A stretch of DNA of 63,789 nt, filler included, from Lama guanicoe (taxonomy: Eukaryota), in assembly GCA_013239625.1 (NCBI GenBank). It is 199 parts of 199 records of this genome, joined end to end, with 100 filler letters (N's around TTAATTAATTAA, not from the genome) between each part and the next. Parts side by side here need not be neighbours in the genome. Positions count along the whole stretch, not along the records: positions 26,001 to 26,221 come from PNXV01040768.1; positions 26,322 to 26,542 come from PNXV01040769.1; positions 26,643 to 26,863 come from PNXV01040770.1; positions 26,964 to 27,184 come from PNXV01040771.1; positions 27,285 to 27,505 come from PNXV01040772.1; positions 27,606 to 27,826 come from PNXV01040773.1; positions 27,927 to 28,147 come from PNXV01040774.1; positions 28,248 to 28,468 come from PNXV01040775.1; 191 more parts are not named here. One strand, written 5' to 3'. The notes under the pieces are model-generated. The model worked only from the letters and a program-made list of their open reading frames with translations. It was not told the DNA's origin and did not search any database. A program made the translations under genes and the position numbers. Position 1 is the stretch's first letter; each line of letters begins with the position of its first letter. Shown piece by piece: positions 26,001-38,325 of this stretch.

Positions 26001-26190
26001 TATTTCATGCCTTTAGGTGCTATTATAAACGATATTCCTTTTATTTCATCTTCCATTTGTTTGTCACTAGAATACAGAATTACAAGTTTTATGTATTGAT
26101 CTTGTATCCCTAATCCTTGCAAAATTCCCTTATTAAGTCTAGTTTTTTTTATAGACTCCTTAGGATTTTACATAGTAAAAATCATGTTGT
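26001..26190 (-). mobile_element. L1M ORF2 fragment
   Basis: tattgatcttgtatcc...ccttgcaaaattcccttatt...tagactccttaggattt is antisense L1. Confidence 0.85.
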
Positions 26191-26221
26191 GGGCAGGGTA
26201 ATAGCTCAGTGGTGGAGTGCA
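26191..26221 (+). mobile_element. 5' end of a tRNA-derived camelid SINE (vic-1-like), truncated by the contig end
   Basis: gggcagggtaatagctcagtggtggagtgca with Pol III box A (TAGCTCAGTGG), inserted in L1. Confidence 0.7.
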
Positions 26222-27284
26222 NNNNNNNNNNNNNNNNNNNNNNNNNNNNNNNNNNNNNNNNNNNNTTAATTAATTAANNNNNNNNNNNNNNNNNNNNNNN
26301 NNNNNNNNNNNNNNNNNNNNNTTTCAGTTCAGTTACTGTATTCTTTGGTTCTGTGACTTCTGTTTGGTACCTATATTTTCTTTGTTGAATTTCTGAGTAC
26401 ATCCAAACTCCAGCTAAGTTCAGCGAGCATTTTTATGACCATTATTTGGAATTCTTTATCAGGTAAGTCACTTAACTCCTCATTTCATTAAGGTTCCCCC
26501 CAACCTTGGGATTTATCTTGTTCTTTCGTATGGAATATTTTCNNNNNNNNNNNNNNNNNNNNNNNNNNNNNNNNNNNNNNNNNNNNTTAATTAATTAANN
26601 NNNNNNNNNNNNNNNNNNNNNNNNNNNNNNNNNNNNNNNNNNGACGCTGAGGCTGAGAGAAGGCCCCCGGCTAGTCTGGGGCAGAGCAAGGACAGGAACA
26701 CAGGTCTCTGTATTCTAATCCGCAGTTCTTCGCACTGGACTCCATGGGCCCTCACTCACTGGAAGGGTGGAAAAGAGGTGAACTTCTATGACCAGTTGTT
26801 ACGTCCAGAAGTGAATGTGATGAGGTGGTAACCACTGATTTTTGTTTTAAATGAAGTTAACTANNNNNNNNNNNNNNNNNNNNNNNNNNNNNNNNNNNNN
26901 NNNNNNNTTAATTAATTAANNNNNNNNNNNNNNNNNNNNNNNNNNNNNNNNNNNNNNNNNNNNTGCCTGGCTAAGCATTCAAATGCCTCTGGAGCTCTGT
27001 GCCTCTAACAAGTAGATGAACATGCCACTCATCTATGTCTGTCCTCCCACTACAGAGATAATGGCCTCTCTGTAACCCACCGCAGAGGTAGGCCCCCGGC
27101 TCTCATACCTACCCAGGAACTGACTGGTAATAGCGCTTAGACTCTCGTCCCTCCTCGAGGCATCAATACAACTTAGCATCAACCNNNNNNNNNNNNNNNN
27201 NNNNNNNNNNNNNNNNNNNNNNNNNNNNTTAATTAATTAANNNNNNNNNNNNNNNNNNNNNNNNNNNNNNNNNNNNNNNNNNNN

Positions 27285-27505
27285 TCCATTCTTCCTCAAA
27301 CGACTGCCATATCAATTTCAGCACTCATGATTAAGTCTATTCAAATTTTCTGTTTCTTCCTGGTTCAGTCTTCAGAGATCATACTTGTCTAAGAATCTGT
27401 CCATTTTCTCCAGGTCCTCCATCTTATTGGCATAGGGTTGTTAGTAGTATCTCTTAACGACCCTTTGTATTTCTGTGGTGTCAGTCCTACTTCTTTTTCA
27501 TTTCT
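27285..27505 (-). mobile_element. L1 ORF2 fragment
   Basis: ttttctgtttcttcctggttcagtctt...aagaatctgtccatttt...tttgtatttctgtggtgtcag is antisense L1 ORF2. Confidence 0.88.
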
Positions 27506-28568
27506 NNNNNNNNNNNNNNNNNNNNNNNNNNNNNNNNNNNNNNNNNNNNTTAATTAATTAANNNNNNNNNNNNNNNNNNNNNNNNNNNNNNNNNNNNNNN
27601 NNNNNTCACAGGCATCACGACACGTCACGTACTGCGGGTGCTGAGAGATGAGCTTCCACTGTGATAAACAAACTGCCCAGACCACAAGGATGATGCGGAA
27701 AAAAAGGGCTGCCTGGCTATTAGGAAGGGCTCAATGCTCGCTGGAAACTATTTTTACATTTCTCCGTCAGCATAGTCAATTGGTTGTTTTCTTTGGCTTA
27801 CTTGCTCAGTTCTTCAACAAACATACNNNNNNNNNNNNNNNNNNNNNNNNNNNNNNNNNNNNNNNNNNNNTTAATTAATTAANNNNNNNNNNNNNNNNNN
27901 NNNNNNNNNNNNNNNNNNNNNNNNNNAAGGAAGGGAAGAGAGAGAGAGGCCCCCAACAGGCCCTTGGCTGACAATAGGCCCTTGGCCCAGGCAGGGGGAG
28001 GACCTGCAGCCTCCAGCCCACAGTCAGGCGCTCCTTCTGGGAGAGGAGCCCCACGACCTGGTGTGGGAGTCACCCGCCCCGTCCCGGGCTTTTGGCCACC
28101 TCCCTCGGGCCATCACAAAGGGACTTGTGCCCTTTGTGGGTCCACAGNNNNNNNNNNNNNNNNNNNNNNNNNNNNNNNNNNNNNNNNNNNNTTAATTAAT
28201 TAANNNNNNNNNNNNNNNNNNNNNNNNNNNNNNNNNNNNNNNNNNNNAAAAAAAAAAAAAAAAAAAAACAACAGCTCAGCTATCAATTCCAAATAAGAGG
28301 AACCACCTAGACCACTTTGTTGAGAATGAGTTATGGACCACGGCTGGGATCTGTAGGACAAATTAATTGCAATTTTTACCACGTAAAGGAATGGAAAGAA
28401 GTGTGTTTGGGGGTGGAGGGAGGGAGTCGAAATGTGCAGCACCTCTGTCCTAAGCAACGTTGCCCACANNNNNNNNNNNNNNNNNNNNNNNNNNNNNNNN
28501 NNNNNNNNNNNNTTAATTAATTAANNNNNNNNNNNNNNNNNNNNNNNNNNNNNNNNNNNNNNNNNNNN

Positions 28569-28789
28569 GCAACACAACAAATGTCCATTGTCTGCCTTCC
28601 CAGGTGAAGGCAAACTGCTCTTGTCTCTCGGGGGCTATGTCTATCGAGAAGACTGCATTAGTCAGGTCAACCACATAGTGACAAGTACCCAGTTCATGGG
28701 ACAACCAGTCCATCAAATCTGTTATATTTGGCACGGCTGTATGCATGGGGGGAGTGACTTTATTTAGTTCCCGATAGTCCACTGTCATC
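28569..28789 (-). mobile_element. pol: Class III (ERV-L/ERV-S-like) endogenous retrovirus pol, reverse transcriptase fragment, frame open across the contig
   Basis: [73 protein letters not shown] contains RT motifs DYRxLN, DLxNAFF-like and FAFTW, just before the expected LPQG. Confidence 0.93.
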
Positions 28790-28889
28790 NNNNNNNNNNN
28801 NNNNNNNNNNNNNNNNNNNNNNNNNNNNNNNNNTTAATTAATTAANNNNNNNNNNNNNNNNNNNNNNNNNNNNNNNNNNNNNNNNNNNN

Positions 28890-29110
28890 GATGTGAAGAC
28901 AGCAACTCACTCATATGTTGCTGGTGGGAATTTAAAACAGTACAGCCTCTCTCAAAAATACCTTGGCAATTTCCTTTGAAAAATTGAAATGCAAATACCA
29001 TAAGAGCAAGTAATTGCACTCCTGGGCATTTATCCCAGAGAAATGAGAACTTACACTCACACAAATACCTGTACACAAACGTTTATAGCAGCTTTATTTG
29101 TGATAGCCTA
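28890..29110 (+). mobile_element. L1M ORF2 3' fragment
   Basis: tgttgctggtgggaa...gcactcctgggcatttatcccagagaaatgagaactta...gtttatagcagctttatttg. Confidence 0.9.
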
Positions 29111-29531
29111 NNNNNNNNNNNNNNNNNNNNNNNNNNNNNNNNNNNNNNNNNNNNTTAATTAATTAANNNNNNNNNNNNNNNNNNNNNNNNNNNNNNNNNN
29201 NNNNNNNNNNACTCCAGAAAAACACCTTATGCTCCAATACCATCAGACTTTAATCTCTGTCTTAAACACGACAGGCCCTTTTGTGCCTTCATACCTGCAA
29301 TGCAGTTTCCTCGATGGAGCGTTTCTTCAAAAGGTCTCTTTCTCTGTGAAGCCTTCCTTGATTGCTTCAAGGCTGGATGTGCGGCTCTGCAGCGTATGTC
29401 TATCCCACACACAGGCAGTTACCACTAGTTANNNNNNNNNNNNNNNNNNNNNNNNNNNNNNNNNNNNNNNNNNNNTTAATTAATTAANNNNNNNNNNNNN
29501 NNNNNNNNNNNNNNNNNNNNNNNNNNNNNNN

Positions 29532-29752
29532 AAGATATGAAAGAGAAGAGAAAGAGGATAAAATGAAATCTCCCAGACACAGAAAAGGAGTTTCAGAAAG
29601 AGGGAGGAAAGAGACAATGTCTGAGAATCTTCCAGAATGAAAGGAAAGCATTATCAGAATGAATAAGCCCACCAAATCCTGAGCAGAATGAAGACACAAA
29701 CCACGCCGAAACATATCATAGCGACCCTGCTGAATGGCAAAGAAAGAGAAAA
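29532..29752 (+). mobile_element. Old L1 ORF1 fragment
   Basis: ggagtttcagaaagagggagg...atgtctgagaatcttccagaa...catatcatag..a.ctgctgaa resembles ORF1 'GVPE..ENFP..HII.KL'. Confidence 0.7.
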
Positions 29753-30173
29753 NNNNNNNNNNNNNNNNNNNNNNNNNNNNNNNNNNNNNNNNNNNNTTAA
29801 TTAATTAANNNNNNNNNNNNNNNNNNNNNNNNNNNNNNNNNNNNNNNNNNNNTTTCACAGCTAACTAACAGTGTTAGTGGAGACGATCCTCAGGCTCCCC
29901 CGTCACACGTGGTCAGCACTTCTCTCCGGTCCAGCTTTATCAGCACACAGTCCTTGTAACTCCAGGCAGTAGAGCTTCTGCAAAAGTTCCACAGAGAGGA
30001 GTGTGCTCGCTGTGCACAGTCGGCCAACGTCTCTGTATTGTAAGAAGTGCTTTCAGGGGCCCTTCACAATTGCNNNNNNNNNNNNNNNNNNNNNNNNNNN
30101 NNNNNNNNNNNNNNNNNTTAATTAATTAANNNNNNNNNNNNNNNNNNNNNNNNNNNNNNNNNNNNNNNNNNNN

Positions 30174-30394
30174 CAAATGTCAGTTTCAAAAAACAAAGCT
30201 ATTGTGATCAAAACAGTATGGTATTGTCTGTTGACAGATGACTGGATAAAGATGATGTGGCATAAATATATATATATACTTATTTATATATTTTTACATA
30301 CATGCATATACATGTATCAAATATATATATATATTTACAATGGAAACTACTCAGGCATAAAAAAGAATAAAATAATGCATTTGCAGCAACATGG
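30174..30394 (+). mobile_element. Two L1 segments joined at about 30226 (ORF2 'KTVWY' directly followed by a 3'-end segment)
   Basis: aaagctattgtgatcaaaacagtatggtattg | tctgttgacagatgactggataaag...tactcaggcataaaaaagaataaaataatg. Confidence 0.75.
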
Positions 30395-30815
30395 NNNNNN
30401 NNNNNNNNNNNNNNNNNNNNNNNNNNNNNNNNNNNNNNTTAATTAATTAANNNNNNNNNNNNNNNNNNNNNNNNNNNNNNNNNNNNNNNNNNNNTATCTA
30501 AGGGCCTGTGAGAATTTTAACCTACTGAAAGAAAAAGTCCAGATAGTACAATGCAAATTTTTGCTCTGATGATCCAGAGGTAGGTAGGTCCAGGCAACCA
30601 CCACACCAGTGTATGGCCTTCCCAGGAGCGATGAGAGACAGCACGGCTTCTCAACAGGGGTGAATTGCACTGCTCAGTACCTGGAGCGGATGACCTGAGG
30701 CTTTGTCTTGACTTANNNNNNNNNNNNNNNNNNNNNNNNNNNNNNNNNNNNNNNNNNNNTTAATTAATTAANNNNNNNNNNNNNNNNNNNNNNNNNNNNN
30801 NNNNNNNNNNNNNNN

Positions 30816-31036
30816 ATCTGTGGGTCTGTTTCTGTTTTGTTATATACATCTGTTTGTTTTATTTTTTAGATTCCACATGGAGTGATAACATAGAGCATTT
30901 GTCTTTCCCTGTGTGACTTATTTCATAGCATAGTACTTTCTGTGTCCATCCACTTTGTTGAAAATGGCAGAACTTCATTCTTTTTTTATGGCTGAGTCAT
31001 ATTCTATTGTATATACCACATCTTTACCCATTCATC
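30816..31036 (-). mobile_element. L1 3' UTR fragment
   Basis: tttagattccacatg...gacttatttca..tagcat...tttttatggctgagt. Confidence 0.9.
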
Positions 31037-34000
31037 NNNNNNNNNNNNNNNNNNNNNNNNNNNNNNNNNNNNNNNNNNNNTTAATTAATTAANNNNNNNN
31101 NNNNNNNNNNNNNNNNNNNNNNNNNNNNNNNNNNNNTTTTTTTTTTTCACACTACCTTCTCGACTTGCAGATCGCAAATTTGAAGTGCCTGCCCCAGCTT
31201 GCCCGGCCTGCCCCTGACTCCCCCCACCCCTTTGGGAGGTCCCTGGGGTCATTCCTCTTCTGTCCCAAAAAACCAAGGAGAACCACACTGGGCAGCCCTC
31301 CCTGCCCGCTACTCCAACCAAACACACACCTGCATGGATCCCACTATCAGTGGCTTANNNNNNNNNNNNNNNNNNNNNNNNNNNNNNNNNNNNNNNNNNN
31401 NTTAATTAATTAANNNNNNNNNNNNNNNNNNNNNNNNNNNNNNNNNNNNNNNNNNNNATGAGTGATATGCAACTACAATTTGATTTTTTGTGTATGTTGC
31501 AAAACAGATACAACGTTTTTATGAGTCAATGGATTTTGATAAATTGCAATGCAATGACCATGTTGTTAGGAAGTACAAACCTTGTTATTAAGGAGCATCA
31601 TAAGCCCCAGTTCATGGAGAATAAATTACTGCTGACCCTCTGTATCCACAGGTTCCACACCCACGGTTGGTTGAATATNNNNNNNNNNNNNNNNNNNNNN
31701 NNNNNNNNNNNNNNNNNNNNNNTTAATTAATTAANNNNNNNNNNNNNNNNNNNNNNNNNNNNNNNNNNNNNNNNNNNNCAAAAACAACCAATAAAAATCT
31801 AAACAAAATGCTTTTTTAATTCTTAAAGTCTAGCACTGATTATTTTACCGAGTCATGGAGACTTAGATGGCAATGAATATGTGATAGCTTTAATTAATTC
31901 CACAAGAACAATTCACGTAAGAGTTGCTAAATTAAAAATAAAAAGCCAATTGAGTTACACTGCACATGCTGTAATTAGCTTCTGTGGGACACCAGGAGTN
32001 NNNNNNNNNNNNNNNNNNNNNNNNNNNNNNNNNNNNNNNNNNNTTAATTAATTAANNNNNNNNNNNNNNNNNNNNNNNNNNNNNNNNNNNNNNNNNNNNA
32101 TTTTTGTCCTTATTTAGTCTGGATCGGAAGTGTCATGGCATCGGTGCACGATGGGTACTTCGGATCTGCAAGGCTCATTTGATTGAAATGAGGGCATAAT
32201 GAGCAAAAGTTTACATTCGGACCCTGGAGACTCCTGCCTTTTGTCACTTTTCTTTGTTGGCCTCTGGGCCACTTATCACCCCCAAAGTTGTGACCACTTA
32301 TCAGCCCAGAGGTTCCTGCTNNNNNNNNNNNNNNNNNNNNNNNNNNNNNNNNNNNNNNNNNNNNTTAATTAATTAANNNNNNNNNNNNNNNNNNNNNNNN
32401 NNNNNNNNNNNNNNNNNNNNTATTCTTTGGCATATTTGCGTTTTAATGCTAGTCCAAGAAATAATCAAATTGATGACTCCCTGGTGCTGGAATGATTTTG
32501 GAGAGTTGGATGGGAGAAGTGGGCACACACCCTCCTGCTTCCTTATGAGGCTGGTTCTACTAAGTGGATGCTTTCAGATCGTCAAGTAACAAAAATGTCA
32601 TGTTGATGCTTTGCTCTTACAACCTCACATACTGATTTTTTNNNNNNNNNNNNNNNNNNNNNNNNNNNNNNNNNNNNNNNNNNNNTTAATTAATTAANNN
32701 NNNNNNNNNNNNNNNNNNNNNNNNNNNNNNNNNNNNNNNNNTTTGCTTCCCTGTATTGTCCTGGGTTAGAGTGGGACATGAAAGAGACTTATGCAAGATT
32801 TAGAAGGTACTTGTCATGAAGTAGCCGTATTTTTCATGCCTTGCTGGTTGATGCAGGACTCCAGGCACTGCGGCAACTCACACATGTTGCTGCTGGTGGG
32901 TTAGCCCATCTTGCTGTTGACTCACAACTCGTCCACCTCCCACCACATCTCCTCCTCTTCTTNNNNNNNNNNNNNNNNNNNNNNNNNNNNNNNNNNNNNN
33001 NNNNNNTTAATTAATTAANNNNNNNNNNNNNNNNNNNNNNNNNNNNNNNNNNNNNNNNNNNNGAGAAGGGTCTCTTCATGAGAAAGTGATGTATAAGATG
33101 AGATTTGAGGGGGAGAGAAGCGGAGAGAGTCAAGTGAAGAGGTAGAGACAGTCGCTCAGAGGGAACAATATGCTAAGCCCTGAGGAGGGAGGGGCACAGA
33201 GTCATGCGTTATTACTGGAGAGCGAGGTGGAAATCAGACGATGTAAGACTGCGAGGGTCCTGATGTGGGTTTTCAACTTTATTNNNNNNNNNNNNNNNNN
33301 NNNNNNNNNNNNNNNNNNNNNNNNNNNTTAATTAATTAANNNNNNNNNNNNNNNNNNNNNNNNNNNNNNNNNNNNNNNNNNNNACACAGTTAATCAAAAC
33401 AACATAGATGTATTATAAGTTTTGGAAACTAATTATTAAACATTAAAAACTTAGAAAGGAAATATGTCTCTGGAGTGAAAGTGGCTTTTTTCCCCAATTA
33501 TTTTACATTTTACTGAATGGAAAGTTATCTACTATTAGAATGAACAGAACTGGACAGGAATTAACAACAAAAAGAAGAGGAGGTATTGATCACATATCTG
33601 CATANNNNNNNNNNNNNNNNNNNNNNNNNNNNNNNNNNNNNNNNNNNNTTAATTAATTAANNNNNNNNNNNNNNNNNNNNNNNNNNNNNNNNNNNNNNNN
33701 NNNNACCCTAAACAGAGCCCCGGGAACAGCCTGCCCTCCCCCAGTCCCACTTCATGGTAGAAAAGGCGGCTGGGAGACGTGGTTGCTACCAAGCAGTCAC
33801 TGAGAAACTGCTAACATGCCCTCGGCTGTCGCACACAAGGGCACACAGGGCGACAGCTACTTTCTCTCCTCAAGCGTGTGGTGCAGGGCGGGCACAGGAG
33901 GGAGGACAGGGACACAGAACCTGAGNNNNNNNNNNNNNNNNNNNNNNNNNNNNNNNNNNNNNNNNNNNNTTAATTAATTAANNNNNNNNNNNNNNNNNNN

Positions 34001-35309
34001 NNNNNNNNNNNNNNNNNNNNNNNNNTGAGTACACTGTGAGCCACATTAAACGCCACTCCTCCCTGCAGTTGGAGCATTCTGAGTGTCCTAGCAGCTCAGG
34101 CAGGATAAGCAGGTCTCTAAGCATCCCTGAACAAAGTACACCTTCCCTTCTCGCCCAGGAGATGTATCCACGATCCCAGAGGGCTTCTCAGAGCAATCTC
34201 CCACCTGACACGTTCCTCTCACCACTAACAAGTGCCGTCTGCACGTNNNNNNNNNNNNNNNNNNNNNNNNNNNNNNNNNNNNNNNNNNNNTTAATTAATT
34301 AANNNNNNNNNNNNNNNNNNNNNNNNNNNNNNNNNNNNNNNNNNNNAGACAGAGGACAGAGAAAACCGATTCAAAGAATGTTCTGGGGACACTTGAGGGG
34401 AAAAATAACCAGACAAAAAACCTGATGAAATGGTCCAATTCTGATGAAGTCTTCTGTGCATGCCAGGAAAGGTGTTGATGAGACAGTGAGGGTTGGCGGA
34501 CATGACACAACTGAATGTGTGCCTTGTTTTTCCAGAATTGACCCCTAACAGGTTAAGCCCTGACATTNNNNNNNNNNNNNNNNNNNNNNNNNNNNNNNNN
34601 NNNNNNNNNNNTTAATTAATTAANNNNNNNNNNNNNNNNNNNNNNNNNNNNNNNNNNNNNNNNNNNNTATAACACTGTGTAACAAATTACAACAAATTTA
34701 GCAGCTCAAAGCAATATACATTTGTTTGCTCCGCATTTCTATAGGTCAAGATCCCAGGTACTGCCTAGCTAAAGTATAAAAAGTAGTGATTGAACATAAA
34801 ACCTTTGCTTAAATGTATATGAGACAATGCCTGAGGACCCCCCAAAATACATGGCAGTGGGGGGAGTATTGCTAGTGGGACTCGGAAANNNNNNNNNNNN
34901 NNNNNNNNNNNNNNNNNNNNNNNNNNNNNNNNTTAATTAATTAANNNNNNNNNNNNNNNNNNNNNNNNNNNNNNNNNNNNNNNNNNNNATTCACCTCCTT
35001 CCGTTTCCATGGATTCTGCTGTCAGAGTCACGGGAGACGGTGGCGGTTTGTGGTGGCGCTGGAAAGTTTCTTGTAGAGACAAATTGAAGAATTTGACAAC
35101 ATTTCATTGATTTCAGGATTAAGCTAATTTTCGTGAATTTAAGAATGTAAGGAGTTAGCGAAAACTAGCCAAGAACTAAGCAGTGGGGTGGTGGGAGGTG
35201 GGTGGTGATNNNNNNNNNNNNNNNNNNNNNNNNNNNNNNNNNNNNNNNNNNNNTTAATTAATTAANNNNNNNNNNNNNNNNNNNNNNNNNNNNNNNNNNN
35301 NNNNNNNNN

Positions 35310-35530
35310 GTGGAATTGGGATGATATTCAGGGAATAAGACCCCAAACCCTTCCCTCCCCAATGAATATTCTGCCCTCTCATTTTTACATCTTATGCAAC
35401 AAACTTGCCAAAGAAACTCAGGGCAGCTGCTTGCTTAAGACTGCCCGCTCTCCCTTTGAGAGTGCACTATCCATCCCTTAATAAATCCTCTCTTTACTTT
35501 CTTAACCTCTGTGTCTTGTCTCTGAATTCT
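35310..35530 (+). mobile_element. ERV1-type LTR fragment (U3-R-U5)
   Basis: AATAAA at 35480-35485 followed by U5-like 'gtgtcttgtctctgaattct'. Confidence 0.7.
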
Positions 35531-36049
35531 NNNNNNNNNNNNNNNNNNNNNNNNNNNNNNNNNNNNNNNNNNNNTTAATTAATTAANNNNNNNNNNNNNN
35601 NNNNNNNNNNNNNNNNNNNNNNNNNNNNNNGTCAGGTAGGAGACTTTTCTCCTCCATGAGGCCCTGGAAGAGAGAAGAATTTGTCTCCATGGCCCTGGGT
35701 CACTCAGCAAAGGTACGCGGGGTGACAAGGGGACAGACACAGAGCCAGGCCTCCTGCGTGGACCCTAAAACCCTCAGCAGGACTGGGGAGCCCAGCACAG
35801 GGTCACAAGTGGGGCTGCCCTTGAGGATGGCTGGAAGAGGGTGGGTGAGGGNNNNNNNNNNNNNNNNNNNNNNNNNNNNNNNNNNNNNNNNNNNNTTAAT
35901 TAATTAANNNNNNNNNNNNNNNNNNNNNNNNNNNNNNNNNNNNNNNNNNNNTATCTAGAAGCTGGTTTGAATTTTGAATTTTGCTGTGAATAACTGAGAA
36001 TTGGAAGATGACATAGAATTTGGCTGTAATTGATTATTATCTGTGTAGA

Positions 36050-36172
36050 GCAGTGGTCTCAACCGCACTGATCATTCAGTCCCACCCCAGACATTCTGAT
36101 TTCATCTGTCTAGAGTATGGCCTGGACATCAGGATTCTTGGTAGCCCCCCGGCGATCGTAATTTACAGCCAA
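36050..36172. mobile_element. MER5A-like (hAT-Charlie) fragment
   Basis: cagtggtctcaacc...cccaccccagacattctgattt...ggcctggacatcaggatt. Confidence 0.7.
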
Positions 36173-36914
36173 NNNNNNNNNNNNNNNNNNNNNNNNNNNN
36201 NNNNNNNNNNNNNNNNTTAATTAATTAANNNNNNNNNNNNNNNNNNNNNNNNNNNNNNNNNNNNNNNNNNNNTCTGAGCTGAGCTTTGAGAAGCGTTGGA
36301 CAGACTGAGGTGGGATTTAGAAGAGCCTGGGCACTGGCCCAATGACACCTGGGGGATACAAATAATTCAGGGAGAGCAAGAATGGAGAAGGTGAGACTGG
36401 AGAGGCAGGCTGGGCAGGAAGCAGCCTATAAGCCAGGCTGCAGTGGGAAGAGTGAGTCAGACTGGCCCAGGGCGTGACTGATGGCCTCAAATCNNNNNNN
36501 NNNNNNNNNNNNNNNNNNNNNNNNNNNNNNNNNNNNNTTAATTAATTAANNNNNNNNNNNNNNNNNNNNNNNNNNNNNNNNNNNNNNNNNNNNCTGGACT
36601 AACCAGGGTGGCCAGAAGGATGTGAAACTCATCTCCTGGCTAAGTGACATCACAGAACCTGGACCTCCACTGTGGACGTCGATCCCTCGCCTAATCACCC
36701 CACACAGCTAACCCACTATTTAAGTATCTCCAGAACACCGGCTCCCCAGTGTCTTGTCTTTACAGTTTAATTGAGCAAGCATCCATCCACTCACCAGTCT
36801 TCATCTGAATGTCTNNNNNNNNNNNNNNNNNNNNNNNNNNNNNNNNNNNNNNNNNNNNTTAATTAATTAANNNNNNNNNNNNNNNNNNNNNNNNNNNNNN
36901 NNNNNNNNNNNNNN

Positions 36915-37100
36915 ATTCAATTTCATGTAATAAGCTATAATGGAAAAGAATCTGAAAATATGCGTATGTGTATGTTTATGTACAGCTGAATCACTTTGCT
37001 GTATACCTGAAACTAACACTGTAAATCAGTTACATTTCAATAAAAAAAAATAAAATTCAAAAAACAAACAACAACAACAAACAAGCAAAAAAAAAAAAAC
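36915..37100 (+). mobile_element. Cetartiodactyl-type L1 3' end with (A/AAC) tail
   Basis: tataatggaaaagaatctgaaa...gctgaatcactttgctgtatacctgaaactaacac...tcaataaaaaaa. Confidence 0.88.
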
Positions 37101-37556
37101 AGGCAGTCTCACCTGCCAAGTCAGTGGTTGTAAATNNNNNNNNNNNNNNNNNNNNNNNNNNNNNNNNNNNNNNNNNNNNTTAATTAATTAANNNNNNNNN
37201 NNNNNNNNNNNNNNNNNNNNNNNNNNNNNNNNNNNAAAAAAAAATTGAGAATTTATTGAAAACATTTTTGCTAGCTCATTATATATTTGGTTCTCAGAAT
37301 TTTTAAACTAATCATTGGTAAATTTAAATTGTACATCTTTGGAAATGAGACAGGATGAAAGGGGGCATGGCACAGCCATTCAAGGAATGCCACAGCAATT
37401 AACATCAAAATGGAAGGTTCAACCCCCAGTAGACCTTGAGGCTCAGGATGATGAGANNNNNNNNNNNNNNNNNNNNNNNNNNNNNNNNNNNNNNNNNNNN
37501 TTAATTAATTAANNNNNNNNNNNNNNNNNNNNNNNNNNNNNNNNNNNNNNNNNNNN

Positions 37557-37777
37557 CGCTGCCCCCTCCCGCCGCGCCCCGCCCCCGAATCCACGTCCTA
37601 CTTCGCCACCCAACTCGGCCCGGTCCGGGTTCGGCCCGCGTGCAGGCCACCGGAGTCCCCGGTTCGGTCCGGTGTACGGCCACCCACCCCGCCCTTGCTT
37701 GGGTGCCGGCCTGGCCCGCTGCCTGCGCCCGCCGAGCCGACCCAGGCGCGCGGTCCGGGTCCAGGTCCGGGTGCTGG
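37557..37777. promoter_or_regulatory. Very GC/CpG-rich fragment (CpG island)
   Basis: Dense CpG, GC box cccgcccc, recurrent (c)ggtccgg motifs. Confidence 0.6.
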
Positions 37778-38199
37778 NNNNNNNNNNNNNNNNNNNNNNN
37801 NNNNNNNNNNNNNNNNNNNNNTTAATTAATTAANNNNNNNNNNNNNNNNNNNNNNNNNNNNNNNNNNNNNNNNNNNNGAGAGGGGCTTGTGGTGCTAGGC
37901 AAACAAAGAGACAGAAGATCCTTTGGGTAGTTACAAGGAATTAGCATCAGTCATTCAGAGAACCTTAGAGGGACAGACCTTCATACACAGTAACTGATAA
38001 AGATTTGCAACTGATGCCACCACGAGTGGTGACATCAACAGAGACTGAGAGCACATTGCTAAATGGCAAAGGCAACATCGGAGCCTAGATGGTCATGGNN
38101 NNNNNNNNNNNNNNNNNNNNNNNNNNNNNNNNNNNNNNNNNNTTAATTAATTAANNNNNNNNNNNNNNNNNNNNNNNNNNNNNNNNNNNNNNNNNNNNT

Positions 38200-38325
38200 C
38201 ACGTGATCTTCCCGCAGCCCAACTACGCGGACACGCTCATCAGCCAGAAGAGCTGCGAGAAAAGTGAGCCTCTCTTGATATCTCAAGATTTACTTGAAAT
38301 GAAAGGAGACCCCAAGCAACTTCAG
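38200..38325 (+). CDS. PCDHGA: 3' end of a protocadherin gamma subfamily A variable exon (cytoplasmic segment), ending at a phase-0 donor
   Basis: [42 protein letters not shown] followed by CAG|GTGAGT at 38325/38326. The exact paralog (A3/A4/A6-like) is not resolvable by eye. Confidence 0.95.

Noticed and set aside
26191..26221. tRNA-Ala gene 5' end
   Set aside because: The acceptor stem is divergent and it is inserted in an L1 relic, so it is better explained as a tRNA-derived SINE.
37557..37777. Bacterial contaminant or rDNA spacer suggested by very high GC
   Set aside because: No convincing coding frame or rRNA motif; GC boxes and composition fit a mammalian CpG island. A BLAST search would be needed to exclude this fully.
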